A stretch of DNA of 32,000 nt. It comes from Nanobdella aerobiophila. Lineage in GTDB: Archaea > Nanobdellota > Nanobdellia > Nanobdellales > Nanobdellaceae. Below are positions 1 through 7,734 of this stretch, piece after piece (the first letter of the stretch is position 1; each line of letters starts with the position of its first letter). A program made the translations under genes and the position numbers. The stretch is from NCBI RefSeq assembly GCF_023169545.1, contig NZ_AP019769.1:510001-542000 (forward strand), in the 5' to 3' direction. The notes beneath the pieces are model-generated. The model was not told the DNA's origin. It searched no databases and was given only the letters and a program-made list of their open reading frames with translations.

Positions 1-417
1 TTCTATAGAAGGTATATTAATTATATTCAATTCCTTAGAATATTTATTTATTATATTTTTGGTATATTTATATAGAGTTTTATTTAAATAATTACAAAAA
101 TCTTTCTTATTTTCAAAATTTACAATTATTATTTTTCTGGCACCATTTATTAAATATTTTCTCCTTATATTTTTTATTATTAATTTATATGGAACGCCAA
201 ATATTGATAATTTTTCTATATAATCTTTATTTATTTCTGTAATTTTATATTTATCTAAAATATCAATAACTTTTTCTTTTATTTTATTAATATCTAATAA
301 GTTTGTTTTTATTATAATTCTATCTCCTTTTATTTCTACATATAGATTTTTAGATTTTACTTTTTTTATTTCTAAATTAAATTCCAAATTATTTAACTTA
401 ATAACTTCTCTCGACAT
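1..417 (-). CDS. DUF45/COG1451-like metal-dependent hydrolase, partial (N-terminal 139 aa; C-terminus lies beyond the left edge)
   Basis: Not in the ORF track because it runs off the window. My own minus-strand translation from the ATG at 415-417 reads MSREVIKLNNLEFNLEIKKVKSKNLYVEIKGDRIIIKTNLLDINKIKEKVIDILDKYKITEINKDYIEKLSIFGVPYKLIIKNIRRKYLINGARKIIIVNF... and stays open to base 1. The N-terminal layout resembles YgjP/DUF45 proteins. The start overlaps the hsdR 3' end by 25 nt. The HExxH region that would confirm the call is outside the window. Confidence 0.45.
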   Translation of the reverse strand, partial: MSREVIKLNNLEFNLEIKKVKSKNLYVEIKGDRIIIKTNLLDINKIKEKVIDILDKYKITEINKDYIEKLSIFGVPYKLIIKNIRRKYLINGARKIIIVNFENKKDFCNYLNKTLYKYTKNIINKYSKELNIINIPSIE

Positions 418-3400
418 TCTGGATAAATATTAGCATAATATTCTTTTAATTTCTTTATTATTTCTTCTCTTTTATTACTTTCTAGTTTATTTAGATTTAA
501 AACTATATTTTCTCGGATATTACGTACCAATTTATCGCAGAAGTCATTTTTATTTTTATTCTCTTCAATTACTTCTCTTATATTTCCAATTATATCTTTT
601 ACGATATTTATATCTTTTATTTTTTGATCTAAATTTAGATCATCTAATATCTTATATAAATATAATTCTTCATCAGATAACTTAGATTCTTTTCTAGTTT
701 TTTCATATTCATATATTTTATTTATATAGGTTTTCAAGGTTTCTAATGTTTTATAACCATTCAATTTCCCCTCATTATATTTTCTTATAGTATCGAATAT
801 CTTTTCTATTATATCCCTATATGTTATTTTTTTGTCTTCTTCATTTTCAAGTACAGCTACAGATTTAGATATCTTACTTATTACCATATTAACACGATCC
901 TTATTTTGTCCTATTTCATTATAATTATCAATCAAAGAACTCAAAATTATGAATTCATTATTTTCTCCCATATTATTTAAAGATTTTCTTATATTTTCTA
1001 TATCTTCTTCTTCTAGAGTTAAAAATTTCTCTATGTTTATCTTCTCTTTAAATTCTTCTATTATTTGTTCTATTTTTCCCTCTAATATTCCAATTTCTTG
1101 GCTTCCATCCTTTCTATTTTCTTTTATTTTCTTCAAACTCAAACAAATTAAATATAAAAACATAAATTTGTCTTTATATTTTTCTCTAAGGTTTAAAGGT
1201 ATTGCTGGCGAAATATATATTTTTTCAAATTCTTTAAATAAAGAAAAGAAAGTATTCATCAATTCTCCAGAAATTATCTTTCCAACTATATTATCAATTC
1301 TATTTTTTATTTCCTCAGGCTCATTTTTATTTTTTTGATAATATCCTATATAATCTGATAAATTTATTTGTATCTTTTTAAATATATTATCATCAATTAA
1401 ATTTAAGATATTCTCTATATCTTTCTCAATATTATCTATATCCTTTATTAAATATTTTGATATTTCCTGATAGTGTCCCTGTATATTTATATAAAGTTCA
1501 AAAGCTCTTCTTAATACATCTATTATACCTACAAAATCTACAACCAATCCATATTTCTTATTAGAATATCTTCTATTACATCTTCCTATTATCTGTAATA
1601 ATGTATGATATGTCATAACAGGTCTGTCTAAATATATTGTTTGTATTTTATCAAGATCAAAGCCTGTAGTTAATTTATTTACTACAACTAAAATTTTAGG
1701 ATTTTCGTCTTCTTTGAATCTATTTTTTATTTCTTCATTTATTTGATTATAATCTCTAATGCTTCCTTTTGTATACCTTTCCTGCAAATCTCTCAAATAT
1801 TCAAGTATTTCAACATCATCCTCATGTTCATTATAAGTTATTAAAGCTTCTACAGAATCTTTACCCAATTTTTCCTTTAATTTTTTAGCATATATAACTG
1901 CTATTTTTCTAGATGGTGCTATTATCAATCCTTTAAATCCCAAAGGTTCTACTTCTTTTTTGAAATGATCTGCAATCTTATCAGTAACTTTATTTATCCT
2001 ATCAGGATTTTTAAATATTAGATTAATTTTATTTATTTTATTTAATAATCTTTTTATATCTCTATCACTTATATATTCAGGATTTTCAAGGAAATCTTCT
2101 ATATCATAATAATCTTCTTTTTCTAAAAATTTTTTAATAACTTCCTCATATTCTTCTTCAGATACATTTTCTTTTTCTTTTAATAAATTTTTAGTTAAAC
2201 TAATTACATCATATTCAGGTTTATACAATATAGGTACAACAACGCCATCACTTTCAGCTTCGGATACAAAATATGTATCTACTACCTTAAATTTTTCTAA
2301 AGTATTTATATCTTTGCTTATAGCAGGAGTACCTGTAAACGCGATATAAAATGAATTAGAGAAAATATCAAATAGTTTTTTCCCTAGTTTACCATAAATA
2401 CTTCTATGGGCCTCATCTATAAATATGAAGATATCTTTTCTATTTTTAATTTGCATTATTTCATTTTCACTTAATAGTATACTTTCTAATTGATCTTCAA
2501 ATGTTATAGTATTATTTTTAATATCTCTGAATTTTTGTATAGTTAATATATAAATCCCAGGTTGTGGGTCTATTCCATACCTTAATCTTTCTTCTATTAA
2601 TTGTTTTAGGTTAACCTCTTCTACAGGAAATCCTAAATCTTCTTTCATTGAATTAAATAATTGGAAAATTTGATCCTTTAATTCTAATCTATCAACTAAA
2701 ATTATAACAACTGGTTTTATATTATTCCCTCTTTTCAATTTCTTTAATATATATTCTGCCAAGTAATACATTAATAATGATTTTCCTGAACCCTGATAAT
2801 GCCAGACTAGATAACTTTTATCTTCAGGATTTCCAAATAATCTTTCTTCAATTTTTTTATATAATTTTTCTGAAGTATAAAATTGAGGGTATCTTGGCAA
2901 TATTTTTTCTTCCTTATTGTATACTATATAATATTTAATAATTTTCAATAGATTTTCTCTATTTATCATAATTTCTAAAGTAGCATTTAATATGTCAGAT
3001 AAATCATTGGTATTTCTATTATTATCAGGTTTCCATAAAATTGTTCTTTTAGATTTTAAATTTTGAATATTATTGGAAATAATATCTTTCAAGACCTTTT
3101 CATCTATGGGAAAAGAATAAATTTTATCTGCAATAACCATACCCATTTGAAAAAATTTTATACAATTTTGTAACTCATATATATATACATTTAAAAGTTG
3201 GTTAAAACCATCTTCCCACTTATTATAAGATGGTCTTTCTATTTCTGCTATTATTATAGGAATACCGTTTATAAAGAATACAAGATCTAATCTTCTTTCA
3301 CCATTTTTAGTTATTACAGGTACTTCATCAGAAACTATAAATTCATTATTTCCTATATTTTCATAATCTATTAATTTTATGTTTTCTTTTATTTTTGTTT

Positions 3401-3686
3401 TTTCTAGTGTTATATATAAACCTTCTTTTAAATATCTTAAAATATCTTTTCCAGAAATAGCAGACTTAAACATATTATAAGCATTTTTTATATCTTCATC
3501 AGTTAATTCCTTATTTTTATTTATCTCTTTGATCTTATTAATAAATATATCTTTGATGATTAAACAGTCATTTTCTATATTTAGATCTTTTCCTCTTATA
3601 TTTTTCCATCCAGATTTCTCTAAATGTTCTATTATTTCCTCTTTATATTCCTGTTCTGATTCTATATTTTTATTGTTTATTATCAT
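393..3686 (-). CDS. hsdR: Type I restriction enzyme R subunit (HsdR)
   Basis: 1097 aa. Walker A 'YQGSGKSLLM', DEAH box 'FIFIDEAHRS', and an N-terminal HsdR-type nuclease region 'RRLDLVFFINGIPIIIAEIERP'. Overlaps hsdS by 17 nt. Last canonical gene of the hsdM-x-hsdS-hsdR operon. Confidence 0.9.
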   Translation of the reverse strand: MIINNKNIESEQEYKEEIIEHLEKSGWKNIRGKDLNIENDCLIIKDIFINKIKEINKNKELTDEDIKNAYNMFKSAISGKDILRYLKEGLYITLEKTKIKENIKLIDYENIGNNEFIVSDEVPVITKNGERRLDLVFFINGIPIIIAEIERPSYNKWEDGFNQLLNVYIYELQNCIKFFQMGMVIADKIYSFPIDEKVLKDIISNNIQNLKSKRTILWKPDNNRNTNDLSDILNATLEIMINRENLLKIIKYYIVYNKEEKILPRYPQFYTSEKLYKKIEERLFGNPEDKSYLVWHYQGSGKSLLMYYLAEYILKKLKRGNNIKPVVIILVDRLELKDQIFQLFNSMKEDLGFPVEEVNLKQLIEERLRYGIDPQPGIYILTIQKFRDIKNNTITFEDQLESILLSENEIMQIKNRKDIFIFIDEAHRSIYGKLGKKLFDIFSNSFYIAFTGTPAISKDINTLEKFKVVDTYFVSEAESDGVVVPILYKPEYDVISLTKNLLKEKENVSEEEYEEVIKKFLEKEDYYDIEDFLENPEYISDRDIKRLLNKINKINLIFKNPDRINKVTDKIADHFKKEVEPLGFKGLIIAPSRKIAVIYAKKLKEKLGKDSVEALITYNEHEDDVEILEYLRDLQERYTKGSIRDYNQINEEIKNRFKEDENPKILVVVNKLTTGFDLDKIQTIYLDRPVMTYHTLLQIIGRCNRRYSNKKYGLVVDFVGIIDVLRRAFELYINIQGHYQEISKYLIKDIDNIEKDIENILNLIDDNIFKKIQINLSDYIGYYQKNKNEPEEIKNRIDNIVGKIISGELMNTFFSLFKEFEKIYISPAIPLNLREKYKDKFMFLYLICLSLKKIKENRKDGSQEIGILEGKIEQIIEEFKEKINIEKFLTLEEEDIENIRKSLNNMGENNEFIILSSLIDNYNEIGQNKDRVNMVISKISKSVAVLENEEDKKITYRDIIEKIFDTIRKYNEGKLNGYKTLETLKTYINKIYEYEKTRKESKLSDEELYLYKILDDLNLDQKIKDINIVKDIIGNIREVIEENKNKNDFCDKLVRNIRENIVLNLNKLESNKREEIIKKLKEYYANIYPECREKLLS

Positions 3687-5016
3687 TCTCTAATATCTTA
3701 ATTCTGATTTCGCCAGTTAAAAGCTTTTTCATAAACCATTTTTTAACTTCAATTATCAATTCTTTCTTCCTTTTTAATAGGTCTATCTTTCTATCAATAG
3801 TACTTAATACATCTGCTATCGATTTTTGTTCCTCTAGGGGAGGTACGGGAACTGGACTATCTAAGATGATTTCTTGTGTAAGATGTGGAAGAGTTGTAGT
3901 TTTAATAAATTTATTCCAAAAAGGTTGAAAATATAGATACCAATAATATAAAAATTCTATATCAACAATCTCTTCCTTTGGTATAATACCAATGATTTGT
4001 TGATTTGTTGCTATAGGTATTTTGTTAATCTTTAAAAATCCTATAGATCCATATGCTGATAATAATAAGGAATCTTTTGGAATTATCCATGCATTAGAAT
4101 TTTTTAAACCATATTCAGTAATATACTCCTCCGTCTGATATGAGTATTTGCCAGTTTTTGTTATATCTTGTGCCTTTATAAAAGGAATATCTCCATTCCA
4201 GTACTCAGAAATATTCCTGCTAGGAGTTCCTCCCATTTTAGCTTTTATTACAATATCTTTCAATTTCTTTACTTCCCATTCCTTAGGAATTTTATTAATC
4301 CCTATTTCTATAGAAACATTTCCTAGATCCTTAAAATTAGTTTCTTTATAAAATCTATAAATATTATTTTCTTTCTTTATTCTTATTTTACCATATAATA
4401 ATAAATTCATTAGATTTTTCTTTAATTTCTCCGTTTTTTCTATTAAATTATTTATATTCTCTATTTCTCTATCAATAGTACTTAATACATCTGCTATCGA
4501 TTTTTGTTCCTCTAGAGGAGGTAGAGGAATTGGTAAATATTCTAAGTCACTTTTTTTTATAGACTCAAAAGTAGTGCCTGATGACTGTCTTTTTATTGTT
4601 GGTGCCATATAAACTAAGTAATAATATAGATAAGATGAATTAAGTAAAGTATTAGTAGGAAAAATGGCAGCTATGCCTCTTCCAATACAAAGTTCACGAT
4701 CAGCTATATTTACATCTCCTACTGGTGCCCTAACTGAAAATAAAATTGAGCCTTTAGGAGCTTTCTTATTACATATAGTAGTAAAAGTTGTGATAGAAGG
4801 ATACATATCTCCAAAGTCTCTGCTTCCTTGAATGAAAGGTAAACCCCCCCCTCTATTGTTATATGCCGATGATGGCGGAGATTGTCCCATCATTATATTT
4901 GAAACTTCGTTTAATCTCTTTACTCCCCATTCCTTAGGAATTTTATTAATCCCTATTTCTCTAGAAGTATTTTCTAGATCCTTAAAATTAGTTTCTTTAT
5001 AGAACTTTATTGCCAT
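3670..5016 (-). CDS. hsdS: Type I restriction-modification specificity subunit (HsdS) with two different target-recognition domains
   Basis: 448 aa in two halves. Each half is preceded by 'FYKETNFKDL.N.S.EIGINKIPKEW.VK.L' and followed by 'PPLEEQKSIADVLSTIDR(E/K)I'. The sequences between these conserved parts are unrelated, as expected for two distinct TRDs. Confidence 0.9.
   Translation of the reverse strand: MAIKFYKETNFKDLENTSREIGINKIPKEWGVKRLNEVSNIMMGQSPPSSAYNNRGGGLPFIQGSRDFGDMYPSITTFTTICNKKAPKGSILFSVRAPVGDVNIADRELCIGRGIAAIFPTNTLLNSSYLYYYLVYMAPTIKRQSSGTTFESIKKSDLEYLPIPLPPLEEQKSIADVLSTIDREIENINNLIEKTEKLKKNLMNLLLYGKIRIKKENNIYRFYKETNFKDLGNVSIEIGINKIPKEWEVKKLKDIVIKAKMGGTPSRNISEYWNGDIPFIKAQDITKTGKYSYQTEEYITEYGLKNSNAWIIPKDSLLLSAYGSIGFLKINKIPIATNQQIIGIIPKEEIVDIEFLYYWYLYFQPFWNKFIKTTTLPHLTQEIILDSPVPVPPLEEQKSIADVLSTIDRKIDLLKRKKELIIEVKKWFMKKLLTGEIRIKILENDNKQ
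3791..3837. repeat. hsdS internal direct repeat A, copy 1 (partner 4469..4515)
   Basis: The 47-nt string ctatcaatagtacttaatacatctgctatcgatttttgttcctctag is identical in both copies. It encodes the conserved 'LEEQKSIADVLSTIDR' helix. Confidence 0.9.
4267..4353. repeat. hsdS internal direct repeat B, copy 1 (partner 4918..5004)
   Basis: 87 nt with 6 mismatches to the partner by manual alignment. Encodes 'FYKETNFKDL...INKIPKEW'. Confidence 0.85.
4469..4515. repeat. hsdS internal direct repeat A, copy 2 (partner 3791..3837)
   Basis: 47/47 nt identical to copy 1. Confidence 0.9.
4918..5004. repeat. hsdS internal direct repeat B, copy 2 (partner 4267..4353)
   Basis: 81/87 nt identical to copy 1. 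Confidence 0.85.
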
Positions 5017-5345
5017 CTTCTTACTCTTTTTATATGGACATTATAAAATTTGGCTATTACCTTAGCATTTTTAGTCAATTTAGCTCTAGATGACATATAT
5101 AATAAAGGTTTTCCTCTTAATTTTTTAGATTTTTTTACTAATTTTTTTATATCTGAAGATTTTAAAGTTTGTTTTCCACTTTTTACCTCTATTACATATT
5201 TTTCATTATTCTTTTCTGCTAATATATCAACTTCAAATTTTTTCTTTCCATTAAGTCTTTTTATTAAATTTCTTTTTACTTTATATTTACTTCTTTTCAA
5301 TTTATTTGCAACAAAACCTTCAAATTTTCTTCCTTTTCTAACCAT
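5007..5345 (-). CDS. Small basic PD-(D/E)xK nuclease-fold protein (Hjc resolvase-like / Mrr-cat-like) embedded in the type I R-M operon
   Basis: 112 aa. 'RKGRKFEGFV' ... 'EVDILAEK' ... 'YVIEVKSGK' gives the E / D / E-x-K order and spacing seen in archaeal Hjc and in restriction-endonuclease (Mrr_cat) domains. Starts 3 nt after the hsdM stop and overlaps the hsdS start by 10 nt. Confidence 0.5.
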   Translation of the reverse strand: MVRKGRKFEGFVANKLKRSKYKVKRNLIKRLNGKKKFEVDILAEKNNEKYVIEVKSGKQTLKSSDIKKLVKKSKKLRGKPLLYMSSRAKLTKNAKVIAKFYNVHIKRVRRWQ

Positions 5346-5348
5346 CTC

Positions 5349-7163
5349 TTATATAATATTAGTTATATCCTCTATCCAGCCTATTATTTTCGCATCTATA
5401 TTTGATATTTCTTTCTGTATACTATATAACTCTTCTTTTATAGCTTTTATATCTATATTTTCTTCTTCAACAATCTGAGAAACATAAAGATTTACATTCA
5501 AACTATAATCATTTTTAATTACTTCTTCTATTGAAACAATTTTAGAAAATCCTGAAATTTCTTTCCATTCTTTATATACTTCTAGTATTTTTTTAATTCC
5601 TTCTTCAGATAATTTATTCATTTTTCTAATATATGGATGATCTTCATAATATTTAGAAGCATCTATAAATAATATATTTCTTTTTCTTTCTAGAGATTTG
5701 TTCTTATTAAATATTATTATAACTCCTGGAGCTCCAGTATTATAAAATAATTCATCTGGTAACAAAATTACACACTCTATTAAATCTTTTTCTAATATTT
5801 TTGCTCTTATAATTTTTTCTTTCCCACCTCTAAATAAAGCACCATTATCTATTATTATACCAACTTTTCCATTATCATTTACTGCATATAATGATAATTC
5901 TATCCATGCCCAATCTGCAGAGTTATTTGGTGGATATCCAAATATGTCGTATACATTTTTTGCAATTTTCGATTTCTTTAAATTATCTGAAGGATAATCC
6001 ATATTCCATGGCGGATTAAATATTACTATGTCGAATGGTTTATCATCAATGAATAAAGGATTTGTTAAAGAATCTCCTTCATATAATTTTATATTTTTTC
6101 CAAGATCTATTCCATGTATTATAAAATTTAATTTTAATATTGCATAAGTATCAGAGTTTATTTCTTGACCTTCTAATATCAATTCTTTAGCGACATCTTC
6201 ACCATACTTATCCTTAACATATTTATATGCTTCTATTAACATACCTCCAGATCCTGCTGCAGGATCTAATATTTTTTTTCTTTCTTTTGAAGGTTCTGTT
6301 ATCTCAACTAAAAGTCTTATAACTTCTCTTGGAGTAAACAACTCTCCAGCCTTCTTTTGAGCCGGCATAAATTGTTCTATTAACCATTCATATGCATTAC
6401 CTAATGCATCAAAACCTAATTCTGAAAAATCAAATCTATTAAATATTTCCATAACATTTCTAATTCTTAAATCAGAGCCTTCTTTTCCTATTAAATCGTC
6501 TATAAATCTTAATAATCTATTAATAGAATCTGATAGCTCTTTATTTTTATCTGCAATATTTTTTAATGCATTTCTAATATTTTCTGTAATTTTTTCAGAT
6601 TTATTCAGAACATTTTTAAATAAAAATTCATAATCTATTTTTATTTTATGATAATCTTGATTTCTTGCCTCTTCTTCAGCTTCTTTTTCAGATAATCCTT
6701 TAGAAATAAATTTTTCTTTTAATTCTTCATATTCTTTTAACCATATATCGCTAATTGCTTTATATATTAATATTATTAACAATATTTTATATCCTTCAGA
6801 CATATCTCTTACCAGATCTGCAGCTTGTTTTAAAGAACTTGTCAATCCAGATTGATTTAACTCATTTAATCTTCTTAATTTATATATTCTTATTCTTTCA
6901 TCATTTTCATCTTTACCAACTTGAACAATTTTTCCTTCTTTTTCTAATCTATTAATAATTGTAATTAAAGTATCTCTATTATAATTAAAAATATTTCTTT
7001 TTAAAATATCTTCTATAGTAAACTCTTTTTCTCCAAAAGATTCTTGCAACTTTAGATATATTAAATCTAACTTTCTTTGAGGCATATTATATTTATTAGG
7101 CAAAAATTTTATATATCTATCATATAATATTATATTGTTAGATAAATCATAAAAACATAACAA
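5349..7163 (-). CDS. hsdM: Type I R-M N6-adenine DNA methyltransferase (HsdM) with an N-terminal winged-helix-like extension
   Basis: Motif I 'LDPAAGSGGMLIEA', motif IV 'VIFNPPWN', and HsdM N-domain 'LKQAADLVRDMSEGYKILLIILIYKAISD'. The probable true start is Met27 (ATG at 7083-7085), which has a TATA-like box 21 nt upstream. ORF residues 27-101 look like a wHTH. Confidence 0.9.
   Translation of the reverse strand: MLCFYDLSNNIILYDRYIKFLPNKYNMPQRKLDLIYLKLQESFGEKEFTIEDILKRNIFNYNRDTLITIINRLEKEGKIVQVGKDENDERIRIYKLRRLNELNQSGLTSSLKQAADLVRDMSEGYKILLIILIYKAISDIWLKEYEELKEKFISKGLSEKEAEEEARNQDYHKIKIDYEFLFKNVLNKSEKITENIRNALKNIADKNKELSDSINRLLRFIDDLIGKEGSDLRIRNVMEIFNRFDFSELGFDALGNAYEWLIEQFMPAQKKAGELFTPREVIRLLVEITEPSKERKKILDPAAGSGGMLIEAYKYVKDKYGEDVAKELILEGQEINSDTYAILKLNFIIHGIDLGKNIKLYEGDSLTNPLFIDDKPFDIVIFNPPWNMDYPSDNLKKSKIAKNVYDIFGYPPNNSADWAWIELSLYAVNDNGKVGIIIDNGALFRGGKEKIIRAKILEKDLIECVILLPDELFYNTGAPGVIIIFNKNKSLERKRNILFIDASKYYEDHPYIRKMNKLSEEGIKKILEVYKEWKEISGFSKIVSIEEVIKNDYSLNVNLYVSQIVEEENIDIKAIKEELYSIQKEISNIDAKIIGWIEDITNII
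7107..7116 (-). promoter_or_regulatory. TATA-like box for the hsdM operon
   Basis: The minus strand reads ATATATAAAA and ends 21 nt upstream of the ATG at 7085. The same spacing recurs at other unit-first genes in this window. Confidence 0.4.
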
Positions 7164-7183
7164 TAAAATTGCTGCCGATAAAC

Positions 7184-7190
7184 ATATAAA
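7184..7190 (+). promoter_or_regulatory. TATA-like box for the 70-aa membrane ORF
   Basis: ATATAAA ends 21 nt upstream of the ATG at 7212. Confidence 0.35.
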
Positions 7191-7211
7191 GTTTTATTAC
7201 AATAACATAAT

Positions 7212-7424
7212 ATGGCACAAATAATAAAAATAGGAAACATGAGAGGAAAAGGCATAATAGCAATAGGTTTTATATTCGGATTGATATTCTATTTTTTAGG
7301 GATGCATATAGGCAATGAATTTATAGTAGATTTAGGAGTGTTTATTTTATTAACAACAGCAATATTATTTTTTATTTACGGATTGTTAGGAGCCATAGGA
7401 ATAATCAACAGAATATTTAAATAA
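7212..7424 (+). CDS. Small two-TM membrane protein, unknown function
   Basis: 70 aa with two hydrophobic spans (IIAIGFIFGLIFYFLGM and GVFILLTTAILFFIYGLLGAIGII). A well-placed TATA-like box lies upstream. A 70-codon open frame is unlikely by chance in DNA this AT-rich. Confidence 0.5.
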   Translation: MAQIIKIGNMRGKGIIAIGFIFGLIFYFLGMHIGNEFIVDLGVFILLTTAILFFIYGLLGAIGIINRIFK

Positions 7425-7734
7425 TATAAATACTAATTTTTTATAAAATATTTTTTATACATAATTTTATTATTTATTATTTTTCATCTTATTGTTTAAA
7501 TAAAATTTATTTAAATATATCTTATAACCATAGCACTCTAAATAATATTTATAAATTTAAACAAAATTAGAAACATTCTTATAATTTCCAGGTACCAAAT
7601 TTAACCAAATTTAATAAAATTACCCAATATGGTTAACTACTATACACAAAATTTGTTATAAAAGATATTCTATAAAAATTAAAGAAGATAAATAAAATAT
7701 AACACAGTAATATAAGATTTCATTATTAAAAAAA

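Noticed and set aside
949-1338. 129-aa plus-strand ORF inside hsdR. The same situation applies to 4148-4351, 5050-5478 and 6755-6955 inside hsdS, the nuclease gene and hsdM.
   Set aside because: These are antisense shadow ORFs fully contained in strongly supported R-M genes. They have low-complexity F/S/I/L-rich translations and no motifs.
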